Positions 1-10,807 of a stretch of DNA of 64,000 bases are shown here, in pieces. The notes below the pieces were generated by a model. That model was not told where the DNA came from. It saw only the letters and a list, made by a program, of their open reading frames with translations, and searched no databases. The first letter of the stretch is position 1. Every line of letters begins with the position of its first letter. Source of the DNA: an uncultured bacterium (GTDB taxonomy: Bacteria > Chloroflexota > UBA5177 > JANWHV01); NCBI GenBank assembly GCA_963827235.1, contig CAWHAE010000011.1, forward strand, positions 1 through 64,000. Reading direction: 5' to 3'. The position numbers and the translations under genes were made by a program.

Positions 1-6
1 CACTAG

Positions 7-3000
7 TTGGCCAAAACGGCTTTGCGGCCTCCTTGCAATTTCCGCCCGCTGCGTACGCTATCCTTCGGTCGAACCTCCGTTCACGCCATTGGCAGGCGAC
101 CCGTTACCGGCATTACCCCTGACACCGTGAATCGGTGGATCGCCAGGGTGGCGGACATCACCGGATACGGCGTGACCATCAGCGATGCCCAACGCCGCCT
201 GAGTTTGGGTGAATGACAGTTTCACGCAGATGACAGGGTTCACGCTCGCCGACGTGCTGCATAGAAAGACCAGCGACGTGCTATACTTCGAGGGTACCGA
301 CGCTCAAACCGTCCAGCGCGTACGCGTAGCCTTCGGGCCGAACGCGGTGTGCGATTTGAGTTGCTCGCCCGCGGCAAGGACGGCCGGGAATGGTAGCTGA
401 CACCGATGCTCAGCCGGTATTCGACCACGGAGGCGCGCTCGAGGCATGGGTGTGTATCCAGGCTGATGTTACGGCACAGGTCGGCGCGCGCGCAGCAGCT
501 CGCGCAACGGAAACCAGATTCGCGAAGCTGCTGGACTCCGCGCCGGAGGCCATTATCGGGGTCGCTGATGGTGGCACGATAAGGTTCGCTAATGCGCAGG
601 TCCCGAAGCTGTTCGGCTACACCGCTGCCGAACTGGAGGGTGCGCCCATCGAGCTGCTGATACCGCAAAGCTTTCATGCCAGCCACGTGGCCGCGCGCAA
701 CCAGTTCCTCGAACAGCCCCGGCGGCGACCGATGAGCAACGATATGGCTCTGTTTGCGCGGCGCAAGGACGGCAGTGAGCTGCCGGTCGAGATCAGCCTC
801 AGCCACATCGAAATGGCTGACGGCAACGTGGTGCTCTGCATCGTGCGGACGTTCGCCGCCAAAAGCTCGCCGAGGAACGCGCCCACGCACTCACCCGCAT
901 GCTCGCGCAAGAGCGGCAACGACTCAGCGCCATCATCGAGGGCACTGGAACGGTGACCTGGGAGCTGGATTTGGCCACGGGAGCGATATGTTTCAGCGAC
1001 CTATTCGCGACCATGATCGGAGTCAACTCCGGGGCAGTGTCGACTTTGAGCAGGGAAGAATGGCGAGCCTTGATCCATCCCGAAGACCTGCCTGGCCTGC
1101 AAAAGTCCCTCGCGGTAGCGCGTGCATCTGCAGATATCGATCTCGTTGATGAATATCGCGTTCAACATACCGGAGGTGACTGGATCTGGATTCGCTCGCA
1201 CGGTAAAGCGACTGCCCTCGATGATCGGGGCCTCCCCCTGCGCTTTGGCGGGCTCTTCAGGGACGTCTCCGCACAGAAAAGAGTGGATCTAGCGCTCCTG
1301 GCCAGCAGAGCAAGTTTCGCTCTCTGTTCGATCACTCGACGGTGGCCTTTGGCATGACCGACCGGAGCACTGGCAGGTTCCTGGAGGTCAACGCTGGGTT
1401 TGTAGAATGCATTGGCTACACACGCGAAGAGCTGCTGCAGATGACCTTCTGGGACCTCACGCCAGAAATCGCCGTGTCGGCGACGGCCGAGGAGCTCGAG
1501 CACATGGCGCGGACTCAACGGTACGGGCCGTTTGAGAAGCAATACCGGCGCAAGGATGGAAGCATCTTTCCAGTGCTGATCACCGGCGTTCCGCTAACCG
1601 ACGACTTGGGTCGTGCCGTCATGTGGACGGTCATTCAAGACATATCGACTCTAAAAGCCATGGAAGCGGAATTAACCCGCGCGGCACGACAGGACACGTT
1701 GACGGGCCTCGCCAATAGGGCTCTGTTCATGCAAAGGCTCCAGGAGTCGCTTGATCTCGTGCGCTCGCAGCCGCAGAAATTGTTTGCGGTTCTCTTCGTG
1801 GATTTTGACCGCTTCAAGATAATCAATGACACGATGGGCCACTCCGCGGGCGATGAATTGCTCCGACAGATCGCAGGGCGCCTCCGCAGCTCCCTGCGGT
1901 CCATGGGCACGCTCTGCGAAGGTGAAACGGGAAATCTCGTAGCTCGCATGGGCGGGGATGAGTTCCTGGTACTAATCAATGACCTCAACTCCCCCGATGA
2001 TGCTTGGCAAATCGCCGAACGGCTGCTCCACACTCTAGCGTCGGCCTACAGCATTTTCGACACTGAGGTGCACTCGACCGCCAGCATCGGCATCGTCACC
2101 AGTGACCGCTGCCAGACGAAAGCTGAGGAAGTCGTGCGCAACGCCGATGTGGCGATGTACGAGGCGAAACGCGCTGGCCGCGCCTGCTATGTGGTCTTCG
2201 ATGAAACCATGCATGCGCGCATCACACGCCGTGTAATGATCGAGACCAATCTGCGTCAGGCCATCGGAACCCCTGAGCTTTTTCTGCTCTATCAGCCTAT
2301 TGTCGACCTCAATTCAGGTCAAATGGTGTCGGTAGAAGCTCTGATACGCTGGAACCACCCAACACACGGACCGATCTCCCCTTCCGAGTTCATCCCGATT
2401 GCGGAGGAATCTGGACTCATCATGGCCGTCGGTGAATGGGTCCTGAAGCAGGCCTGCCAGACCATGCTTGGCTGGCTCAGGCAAGACCCACAGCGCGCGC
2501 CCAAGACCGTGAGCATTAACGTCTCCAGGGCGGAGCTGTCGCTGGGTGCACGCCTGATCCAGCGGCTGCGTGATACCCTTGACGAGGTCGGGTTGCCGCC
2601 GCAGTACCTGCAGATCGAGATCACCGAGCGTGAGGTGATGCGCAATCCAGAAGCGGCTCTTGAAACGCTGCTCGCCTTGCGAGGATTCGGCGTCAAGCTT
2701 GCCATGGACGACTTCGGCACGGGCACCTCCTCCCTGGGATGTCTGCGCGAATACCCATTCGACACTATCAAGATCGATCGTGCCTTCCTGAGGGATTTGA
2801 CCACTACCCGCGACGTTCTGGCCGTAATTCACGCGACTCTCCTCCTGATCGGCAATCTCGGTATGATTAGCCTCGCCGAAGGCGTGGAGGAGCCCTCCCA
2901 GGTGGCCATACTGCAGTCTCTCGGGTGCCAGTACGGCCAAGGTTATCTCTTCTGCCGGCCAGTACCGGCAGAACAAATCCTGGACGCGATCGAAGTGCGC

Positions 3001-3021
3001 TCAGCGGGCCGGCATGATTGA
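7..3021 (+). pseudogene. Multi-PAS diguanylate cyclase/phosphodiesterase (PAS x4-GGDEF-EAL), split over several frames
   Basis: Consecutive + ORFs 7-216, 209-400, 390-956, 899-1357 and 1342-3021 join into PAS domains (VNDSFTQMTGFT, FANAQVPKLFGY, IHPED, VNAGFVECIGY) followed by intact GGDEF, EAL and DDFGTG motifs; breaks include a TAG near 393 and several frameshifts; true start uncertain. Confidence 0.85.
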
Positions 3022-3159
3022 AGAACTGCGCAATGATCGGCGCTCAGGCCACATCAGGCATCTTGCGAGTGCTACGCAGCCAGCTAGGACCCTCATCGCG
3101 GACCTCTTCGGCTTCCGCGATACGTTCCGAAGCAATGGTGCTCATGTGCAGGTAGGCCG

Positions 3160-3463
3160 GTATACGCATGCCATCGCCATTACCCCGACGGAACAACCGG
3201 GTGCATTTGTCGCTCGCTTCCCCAGCTGTGACAGCCTTCCCCCTAGCCATGCAGGGTCGGCTTCCGTATCAAGTATTTCGAGGCCTGCTTAGCGTTCACT
3301 ACTCGTTACGGCCTGCGTACTCGCCAGGTCCCTATGGACCCTCTTCACCGAAGGCTTCAGCCGCTTCGTTACCTCCACGACTGCTCCGATTGCTACCGGC
3401 TGGAGCAACAGTTGCCGGACGGGTCTTCCACCCGCAGGGAGTGCGCGCGTTTTCACGGCGCAC
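3160..3463 (-). mobile_element. 5' fragment (domain I) of a bacterial group II intron, truncated
   Basis: Minus strand begins GTGCGCCGTG at 3463 and continues ...GTTGCTCCAGCCGGTAGCAATCGGAGCAGTCGTGGAGGTAACGAAGCGGCTGAAGCCTTCGG...AGTGAACGCTAAGCAGGCCTCGAAA...CCGACCC...GGGGAAGGC, typical of group IIB intron domain I; no RT ORF or domain V seen; left limit approximate. Confidence 0.75.
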
Positions 3464-4991
3464 ATGGCACTTACTTAAGCGTGTAATGCGGGAGTTATCG
3501 AGGCCAAGAGGCTGAAAGGCAAAGAGAAAGGCTGGCTGGGATTGGTAGGATGTTTGTTACCACACATCGACCCCAACAACCCCGAGGCCAGCCTTGAGTA
3601 AGCGTAATGCCGAGTTTGGATCGCAGCAACACAGGAAACACATTGGCCGGCGTGCCCGCGGGACGCAGGCGGTGGATTTCTTCAATCTGCTGACCGGTCC
3701 GGAGCGGCTGGAGATGACCGAATCGCACCTGCCGGAGCATCGGGAGCGGCTGTATCCGCCGACGGTGGCGTTGTCGATGTTCATGCGACACGCATTGAGC
3801 GCCGACGGCTCGTGCCAGCGGGCGGTCAACGGCTGGGCCGCGCAGCGCGAGGCAGAAGGGTTGGGGGTTCAGAGCGTTCCCACCGGCGCGTATTGCAAGG
3901 CGCGGCAGCGCTTGCCGATGCCGATGGTGACGGCGCTGACGCAGGCAACGGGTCGGCTGGTGAGCGCGCGGGCGAAGGCGGGTTGGTGCTGGCGAGGACG
4001 GGCGGTCAAACTGGTGGACGGGACCGGAATCTCGATGCCCGATACGCCGGAGAATCAGGCCTGCTATCCGCAGCCGAGCAGCTAGGCCGAGGGGGTGGGT
4101 TTCCCGCTCGCGCGCGTTGTCGGGGTGATCTGTCTGGCGACCGGTGCGCTGATCGATGCGGCGATGGGCCCGCATGCGGGCAAGGGCAGCAGCGAGCTGG
4201 GACTGCTGCGCCAGCTCAGCACGGCCTTCTCCCCGGGCGATGTGATGCTCGCCGATGCGCTCTACTGCAACTACTTCCTGATCGCGACGCTCATCGCTGG
4301 GGGCGTGGATGTGCTGTTTGAACAAAACGGCGCACGGATCACCGACTTCCGGCGTGGGGAGTCCCTGGGCGCGCGCGATCACCTGATGCACTGGCCGAAG
4401 CCGAGGAGTCGGCCTCACTGGATGACGGCGCAGCAGTACGAGGAGTTCGCCGCGGAGTTCACCGTGCGAGAGGTGCAGGTGGACGGCCAGGTGCTCGTCA
4501 CCACCCTGCTTGACTCCCGCAAGGTCAGAAAGGGCGAGCTGGACCAGTCGTATGCGCGGCGCTGGCACGTGGAGTTGGACCTTCGCAACATCAAGACCAC
4601 GCTCGACGTTGAAGTCCTGCGTTGCCAGACCCCGCAGATGGTCGAGAAGGAACTGTGGGTGAATCTGCTCGCCTACAATCTTATCCGACTGCTTATGGCG
4701 CAGGCGGCACTTGCGGCCAACGTTCATCCGCGAACCGTGAGCTTCAAACACACCGTGCAACTGTGGACCGAGTGGACCTGCCGCCACATCGATCTGGGCG
4801 CCGACACGACCACCCTGTTCAGGCTGATCGCTCAACCGATCGTCGGCAACCGGCCGGGACGCATCGAACCACGGGCGCGCAAACGACGACCCAAATCCTA
4901 CCCGTGACTGAAGGTCCCTCGCGCCCAGGCCCGTGAACAGGTGCGTGCGCATGGACACCTGTAGCGCTACAGGCTTAAGTAAGCGCCATTC
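3464..4991 (+). mobile_element. IS4-family insertion sequence (inactivated)
   Basis: Inverted repeats ATGGCACTTACTTAAGC (3464-3480) and GCTTAAGTAAGCGCCATTC (4973-4991) enclose a DDE transposase; ends resemble IS4-subgroup TIRs (xAATG...CTTAAG). Confidence 0.9.
3594..4964 (+). pseudogene. IS4-family DDE transposase with two in-frame nonsense codons
   Basis: ORFs 3594-4085 and 4095-4907 are in one frame; motifs GAYCKARQRL, LVDGT, LADA, YARRWHVELDLRNIK (YREK); stops TAG at 4083 and TGA at 4905; read-through ends at TAG 4962-4964. Confidence 0.88.
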
Positions 4992-5041
4992 GCTCTAGAG
5001 AGGCTGAGGGGCATTTTGCGCTGCTACCTGGTGCGCTCCGA

Positions 5042-6457
5042 CTAGCCATCTACACCACTTATCTCGCGACCTGCCTGCTCATGGAAGGACAAGTTCGCAA
5101 AGGTCGCGCAAAGTGAAATTGCCGTTACAGTCCAGAACGCCGCTGAAAAATCCGAAAACACGGGTGCAACTCGCCCGCCCAGTCCCATCGAGACGTGCAA
5201 CGCCGTGGCTCCGACCAGGACGCCGAGCGACATCGACAGCTGCTGGAAGGTCGCGTAGAAGCTCGTCGCGGAACTCATCAGGTCGCTACCGATCTGGTCG
5301 TAGGCAATCGTGTTGTAGGCCGTGAATTGAAAGGACAGCAGGAAACCCGACGTCACCAGCACGACGAACACGAGCGGCATCGGCCAACCGGGCCTGAAAA
5401 GGCCGCATAGCGCGTAGCAGCATACCCCCAGCGCCCCGAAGGTCGTCATGCTGGACCGGAAGCCCCAGCGCCGCAGGATCGGGCCTGCAAACCCCTTCAT
5501 CGTGAAGGTTCCGAGGGCCGTACCCATTGTGATCAGTCCGCTTTGCGAAGCCTTCAAGCCGAACGCAAGCTGCATCATCAGCGGCAGCAGAAAGGGGTGG
5601 GCACCCTGGGTGATCCGGGTCAGTGAACCGCCGATCAGCGACAGGCGAAAGGTCGGCACACGCAACAGCGCGAGGTCCAGGATCGGGTGCGGATGCCGGC
5701 CCGCGTGCCAGACATACAGGGCTGCCAGCCCCGCCCCCGCTAACAACAAGGGGATGGCCAGGCCCCACTCCGAGCCGCGGCCTCCGGCCTCCAGCCCGAA
5801 CAGCAGGGTCGTGAGCGCTGCACCCGAATACAGGAAGCCCCTGAAGTCGAAAGGCCGCTGCCCCGAGTCGCGCACGTCGGGAATGAACCGCGCCACCAGG
5901 TAGCTGCCGAGCACCCCTACGGGCAGATTGACCCAGAAGATCCAGCGCCAGTCGACATTGCTGACGATGAGCCCGCCCAGCGGCGGACCGGCGATCTGGC
6001 CGATCAGGCCGGGCATTATCAGCCATGATGTGGCGGCGACCAAGTCCCGCTTCGACACGGTGCGCAGGAGCACCAGCCGGCCCACGGGGGTCATCATCGC
6101 GCCCCCCAACCCCTGCGCAAAGCGGGCCAACGCAAGCACCGGAAGGTTGGGGGATAGGGCGCAGCAGAGCGATCCGGCCATGAACACGACCAGGGCTGTC
6201 CTGAGCACGTTCTTCGCGCCCCAGCGGTCTGCGGCGCGGCCGGACGCCGGGATGAAGATGGCCAATGCCAGCAGGTATGCCGTGAAGGCCACGCTCATGG
6301 AAGGCGCACTGACATGGAAATCCCGCGCCATCGTCGGGACTGCGGTCGCGAGCACCGTCGCGTCAATGTTCTCCATGAACAGGGCCGACGCGATGATCAG
6401 GCAAATGCGCCGATAGCCGGGCGCAGCGCCTCCTTGCGTGGGTGGCATTCTCGTCAT
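5042..6457 (-). CDS. MFS transporter, DHA2 (14-TM) family
   Basis: ALFMENIDATVLATAVP, GRAADRWG and QGLGGAMMTPVGR motifs; many hydrophobic segments. Confidence 0.9.
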   Translation of the reverse strand: MTRMPPTQGGAAPGYRRICLIIASALFMENIDATVLATAVPTMARDFHVSAPSMSVAFTAYLLALAIFIPASGRAADRWGAKNVLRTALVVFMAGSLCCALSPNLPVLALARFAQGLGGAMMTPVGRLVLLRTVSKRDLVAATSWLIMPGLIGQIAGPPLGGLIVSNVDWRWIFWVNLPVGVLGSYLVARFIPDVRDSGQRPFDFRGFLYSGAALTTLLFGLEAGGRGSEWGLAIPLLLAGAGLAALYVWHAGRHPHPILDLALLRVPTFRLSLIGGSLTRITQGAHPFLLPLMMQLAFGLKASQSGLITMGTALGTFTMKGFAGPILRRWGFRSSMTTFGALGVCCYALCGLFRPGWPMPLVFVVLVTSGFLLSFQFTAYNTIAYDQIGSDLMSSATSFYATFQQLSMSLGVLVGATALHVSMGLGGRVAPVFSDFSAAFWTVTAISLCATFANLSFHEQAGREISGVDG

Positions 6458-6565
6458 GTCTCTAAACCTGCATCCTTGTTGGACCCCAGTCGGCGTCTCA
6501 ACGGGTTGATCCCCGGTCCCCGGCACGCGCTGGTCCGGCCAATGTTCGACACGTGTTCAAATGTC

Positions 6566-6597
6566 TAGTGGGCAGGGTGGGACTCGACCCCGCGACC
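6566..6597 (-). other. Degenerate tRNA 3'-half-like relic
   Basis: Minus strand GGTCGCGGGGTCGAGTCCCACCCTGCCCACTA resembles a T-arm plus acceptor 3' strand (GGTTCGAGTCCC...CCACCA) with substitutions; no D-arm or anticodon arm recognised. Confidence 0.4.
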
Positions 6598-6671
6598 TCG
6601 TCACTAGGACGAGCGCTGCCGCAGCGAATTTACTAGACTGGTCGCCACCACTTTCCCGATGAGTCGTCCTG

Positions 6672-7589
6672 ATGCACGGTCACCCCTCCTCCGAGCACTT
6701 CTCGATCCGCCGTGATGAGGTCGGCTTCATTGGCCACGACTTGAGCCGACCCGAGTGTATCGTTGCAGAACCGGATGGCACCCTGTGGATTTCCGACGAT
6801 CGCGGCGGAGTGACAAGGCTCGACCCTTCGGGCAAGCAGGAGATAATCGGACATATAACAGGAACTCCCAACGGCATCGCCCTGGAGCCCTCGGGAGAGT
6901 TGCTGATAGCAGACATCGGCGCCGGCGCAATCCATCGCCTCTCGCGCAGCGGAGAACATCGCACCATTCTTGATCGCCTCGCCGGAGCACCACTGGGCTC
7001 GGTGAATTTTGTCTACTTCGATCAACATGGGGTTCTTTGGGTCACAGTGTCTACCCGTACGAGCCCGCGCAGCGAAGCCATCAAGCGACCCATTCCGGAT
7101 GGCTACGTGATGCGCTTCGATGATGGTCGACCTCGAGTCGTTGCTTCGGGCCTGTGCTTTCCAAACGAGCTGCGCGTGGATGACCAGTACCGCTACGTCT
7201 ATGTGGCCGAATCGGCCCACGGTCGCGTCGTCAGAATGCGCCTCAATGCCGACGGGGGTCTCGGAGCACCGGAGCCATTTGGTCCTGCGCCACTGTTCGA
7301 CGGGGCAATCGTTGATGGCATCACTTTCGACGCGGCTGGCGGACTTTGGGTCACCGAAGTCACGCGCAACGGCCTGTACCATCTTCTTCCCAACGGGGAC
7401 TGCCACTGCCTGCTCGAGGATCCCGCCGGCGAGGTCTTGCTATTCCCTACCAGCGTTACATTTGCCGGCCCCGATCTTCGTACAGTCCTGGTGGGCTCGA
7501 TCCGGGCGACCCGCCTCGCTACTTTCCGCAGCCCCGTGCCTGGTGCAAAACTCGTCCACTGGCGACACGCTCTCGTCAACCCTGCGTGA
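6672..7589 (+). CDS. SMP-30/gluconolactonase/LRE family beta-propeller
   Basis: RPEC, PNGIAL, FPNEL, DGITFDAAGGLWV and TSVTFAGPDL motifs. Confidence 0.9.
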   Translation: MHGHPSSEHFSIRRDEVGFIGHDLSRPECIVAEPDGTLWISDDRGGVTRLDPSGKQEIIGHITGTPNGIALEPSGELLIADIGAGAIHRLSRSGEHRTILDRLAGAPLGSVNFVYFDQHGVLWVTVSTRTSPRSEAIKRPIPDGYVMRFDDGRPRVVASGLCFPNELRVDDQYRYVYVAESAHGRVVRMRLNADGGLGAPEPFGPAPLFDGAIVDGITFDAAGGLWVTEVTRNGLYHLLPNGDCHCLLEDPAGEVLLFPTSVTFAGPDLRTVLVGSIRATRLATFRSPVPGAKLVHWRHALVNPA

Positions 7590-7787
7590 ATACTGAACCG
7601 CGCGAATGAAATCGAACGTAGCGGAAAGAAGGCCATCAGCGCCGAGTGCGAACATGGCGCCGCTTCCTAATCTACTGAATTGCTTGATCAGACCCGCTAA
7701 CCATCCATCTAGGGCTCCCCCAATCCCAATTGGGCGAATCTGAGTCTAGCGTGCGGTTCAAAGGTGTGGCACTATTTCAAAATATAC

Positions 7788-7802
7788 GTCCACAGGGTGT
7801 AC
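7788..7802. promoter_or_regulatory. Candidate MhpR/IclR-type operator
   Basis: GTCCA-CAGGG-TGTAC imperfect palindrome upstream of the IclR gene; a similar site lies at 8816-8830. Confidence 0.35.
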
Positions 7803-7939
7803 TGGACCATGGCTTGAGAGCCTTCATTCGTTGGCTCCGGTGTACTGCACCCGAGCCGTGGCCCCTACGGTCACCAGCCCACCCTGCGGCAACCTGTAAA
7901 GATGGCTGGGGCAGCGCTTGCGGTGCCGGGTAACCCCTC

Positions 7940-8743
7940 ATGGCCTATAAGAGAATTTGCTCGCTGGAGCGGGGACTTAGAGTCCTCGAATATCTCAATA
8001 CGGTCCGTGCCTCAACTGCGCATGATATTGCTTTGGAGCTCAAGCTTCCGCGGCCCACCGTGTACCGCATCCTGGAAACTCTGGAGCAGCACGGGCTTCT
8101 ATACCGCAGTGCATCAGACAGCGTATTTCGCTTGACCAGTGCCGTCTGCGAGTTGAGCAAGGGGTTCACGGACGAGGAATGGATCCGGAAGGTCGGGGCA
8201 CCCCTGGTGCGGCGGTTAGGCGAGAGGGTGTTGTGGCCAACCGACCTTGCCACCTACGAAAACGGCGCAATGGTCATCAGGGAAAGCACGCATCGCTTCA
8301 GTCCGTTCTCGGTCGATGTGGGCATGATCGGACACAGGCGTCATCTTCTGAAGAGCCCGCTGGGGCGAGCGTACCTGGCGTTTTGCCCCGAGGAAGAGCG
8401 AAAGGACATACTGGAGTTGCTGCGAAGCTCCCAGGATCCAGAGGACGCCTTGAGTCGAGACGAGGCATTTCTCGAAAAGATGATCGCCAGTTCGGTCGCC
8501 AATGGGTACAGCAGTTGTCGCGAGTTGCAACACCCCAGGTGCGCAAGCATTGCCGTGCCAGTGATGTACCAGCAGAACGTGGTCGCCTGCATCAACATCG
8601 TCTGGGTCGCGGCAACCATTGACTACGACGAAGTGATTTCCCGTTACCTGCCAGAACTCACGACGACCAAGTTTGACCTGGAAGCGGGCCTGATCGAGAT
8701 GGGTATTGAGCGATCACGTGCCCAAGTTGGGCTCGCCGGCTAG
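7940..8743 (+). CDS. IclR-family regulator, MhpR-like
   Basis: SLERGLRVL...LPRPTVYRILETL HTH; WPTDLA...RESTHRFSPFS; SPLGRAYLAFC. Confidence 0.9.
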   Translation: MAYKRICSLERGLRVLEYLNTVRASTAHDIALELKLPRPTVYRILETLEQHGLLYRSASDSVFRLTSAVCELSKGFTDEEWIRKVGAPLVRRLGERVLWPTDLATYENGAMVIRESTHRFSPFSVDVGMIGHRRHLLKSPLGRAYLAFCPEEERKDILELLRSSQDPEDALSRDEAFLEKMIASSVANGYSSCRELQHPRCASIAVPVMYQQNVVACINIVWVAATIDYDEVISRYLPELTTTKFDLEAGLIEMGIERSRAQVGLAG

Positions 8744-8815
8744 TCGAGCCCTTCCGCGGCACGCGTTCGGCGTGCCCCAGCCCACTTGACGCTTGCGCCG
8801 CGCCCAATTGGCATC

Positions 8816-8830
8816 GTCCACGCTGCGTAC
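8816..8830. promoter_or_regulatory. Candidate MhpR/IclR-type operator
   Basis: GTCCA-CGCTG-CGTAC, downstream of a TTGACG hexamer (8786), upstream of the CMD gene. Confidence 0.35.
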
Positions 8831-8939
8831 GATCACGTCGTTCAAACCGATTGAGACTTTGTTACTGTAGATGCCGGGGCACGGATGCAGGAAGGACAGT
8901 TCGTCTTATGCACGGCACGCTCGCGCGGATTCGCTGAAC

Positions 8940-9455
8940 ATGGCACGGGTCCCCTTGCTGGATCGCGAGGCACTGCCTCCGGCAGATCGCGATATCTACG
9001 ATGCGTATGTCGCCGTCCGCGGGCGCGGCCCGTCCGACATTCATCGTGCCATTGCCAATGCGCCCAACCTCCTGCGAGCGTACATGCCGTTGTCCAACGA
9101 GCTGCGCTTCGGAACCAGGCTGGATCCTCGCCTGCGGGAGCTGGCGATCGTGGCCGTGGGTTGGAAGACCCACATTGAGCACGAGTTCACTGCGCACTCC
9201 AGGATGGCGCTCGAGGCTGGTGTCCGACAGGAGCAACTGGACCAGATCGGGGCCTATGAGAGTTCGCCGGTCTTCAATGCCCACGAGCGCGCCGTGATCC
9301 GCTTTTCGCTCGCCTCCACCCAGGCAGTGCGCGTACCCGATGAAGTATTTGCGCAGTTACGCCCATTGTTCGATGACGCCCTGATTGTCGAGCTGGTCAT
9401 GGAAGTGGCATTTTACAATCTCGTGGTTCGCGTGCTCGGAGCACTGGGCCTCTGA
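8940..9455 (+). CDS. Carboxymuconolactone decarboxylase/AhpD-like protein
   Basis: MARVPLLD...LDPRLRELAIVAVG...HEFTAH...FYNLVVR. Confidence 0.85.
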   Translation: MARVPLLDREALPPADRDIYDAYVAVRGRGPSDIHRAIANAPNLLRAYMPLSNELRFGTRLDPRLRELAIVAVGWKTHIEHEFTAHSRMALEAGVRQEQLDQIGAYESSPVFNAHERAVIRFSLASTQAVRVPDEVFAQLRPLFDDALIVELVMEVAFYNLVVRVLGALGL

Positions 9456-9487
9456 ACCAAGGCGCGCTGGCACGGCGCAGGCAGCGC

Positions 9488-10030
9488 TTACAAGTATTCG
9501 TTCAGCGGCCGCAGGAGTGGCTGCACGTTATGCGCTTCCTCCTGCTTCTGCCCCGCGACGGGGTGGTATTTGCGCCCATAGTACGCCAGGCCGGCGTGGC
9601 CTTCCGGAGCGATCCGCACCGTGACAACGTCGCAAAGGAAGATGCTGTGGGATCCTGCTTCGACGGTCTGGGCAATGCGGGCATCGAAATTGACCAGGGC
9701 GTTGTCCAGTGCGGGCGCTCCGGTTTCCAGCACGATCCACCGCTCGCCCTGGAAGCGTTCCGCGACCGTTGCGGCGCTCGCAAATGTCCTCGACACCTCT
9801 TCCTGGGCTGCCGAGAGCACATTGACGCACAGGACCCCATTGGCCTTGAACACCGCGTGCTGCCGGCTAATGCGATTCATGCAGGCCAGCAACATCGGAG
9901 GATCATCGGTGACGCTGCACACCGCGGATGCCGTGAAGCCGCCCGGGCCCGCAGGACCATCCGTGGTGATGACGGTTACCGCCCCGACGAGCCGGGACAT
10001 GGCTTCACGAAAGCTGGACTGATCGATCAT
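9488..10030 (-). CDS. Flavin reductase (HpaC/RutF-like)
   Basis: FREAMSRL...VITTDG...GFTASAVCSVTDDPP; GSHSIF. Confidence 0.9.
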   Translation of the reverse strand: MIDQSSFREAMSRLVGAVTVITTDGPAGPGGFTASAVCSVTDDPPMLLACMNRISRQHAVFKANGVLCVNVLSAAQEEVSRTFASAATVAERFQGERWIVLETGAPALDNALVNFDARIAQTVEAGSHSIFLCDVVTVRIAPEGHAGLAYYGRKYHPVAGQKQEEAHNVQPLLRPLNEYL

Positions 10031-10120
10031 CCCTGTGCCCGCGATGCCTGACCAGGAACACGGCGACTGTCACGAGCGTAGTCGCCTCGAACGCCAAGAG
10101 CCGAGATGGCCATCCTGAAC

Positions 10121-10768
10121 CTAGCAAACCGTACCGAACAGGGCTTTTGCTTCCTTGGGCGCAAGCAACTTCATCTTGAGCGACAATGGGCCGCCCATGC
10201 CGTGCAAGCGCCCGCCGTCCGCTAGCGAGCCTACGTCGATCGGCTCACCGCCCATGTCGCGGATCAATTGAGCGACCTTCGCCTTGGCCTTCGCATCATC
10301 ACCCGAGAAGAATACCGCGCCGCTGTCGCCTTCCGCCGGAAGGCCTGCAGCGAACACGGGAATGGGTTCGTAATTGAACGTCTTTACGACGTGCGCACCG
10401 GGCAACATCTGTGCGACCACGTCACTGGAGCCTCGACCGCCGATGTCAATCAGGTCTTCCGGGCGTGGCCCGCGCCGGTTGTTTGTTGTGTCAATGACAA
10501 CCTTTCCAGCCCAGGAACCTGCGGCGGCAACGGCAGCGGGCGTCTTCTCCCATGGAGTGGCCAAAATCACCACGTCGGCTTCCGCGAGCATCCGCCGGGG
10601 CTCCGCCGCACTCACACTCGGCCCCAACTTCTTCACCAGTGGCTGTAGGGATACGGGCCCCGACGAATTGGTGAGGATGACGCGATGGCCACCCGACACA
10701 AGTTTCGGGACGAGCATCTGCGCCATTCTTCCCGCGCCGAGAATTCCGATCTTCATGGTCGCAGTCAT
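10121..10768 (-). CDS. NADPH-dependent F420 reductase-like dinucleotide-binding oxidoreductase
   Basis: KIGILGAGRM Rossmann motif; VIDTTN, VVKTFN, SGDDAKAK. Confidence 0.85.
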   Translation of the reverse strand: MTATMKIGILGAGRMAQMLVPKLVSGGHRVILTNSSGPVSLQPLVKKLGPSVSAAEPRRMLAEADVVILATPWEKTPAAVAAAGSWAGKVVIDTTNNRRGPRPEDLIDIGGRGSSDVVAQMLPGAHVVKTFNYEPIPVFAAGLPAEGDSGAVFFSGDDAKAKAKVAQLIRDMGGEPIDVGSLADGGRLHGMGGPLSLKMKLLAPKEAKALFGTVC

Positions 10769-10807
10769 TCCAGCAAGGACGAGGCCTGGCGCCTGCTGGC
10801 CACTGGG

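Noticed and set aside
3014-3515. Short ORFs 3014-3292, 3044-3250 and 3168-3515 as proteins
   Set aside because: They overlap the intron RNA fragment and have no recognisable protein motifs
3594-4964. Stop-codon recoding (Pyl/Sec or alternative genetic code) in the transposase
   Set aside because: TAG and TGA are each one transition from CAG and TGG; neighbouring genes use both as ordinary stops; no recoding machinery is seen
6566-6597. Functional tRNA gene
   Set aside because: Only a 3' half is recognisable; the T-loop and CCA are mutated
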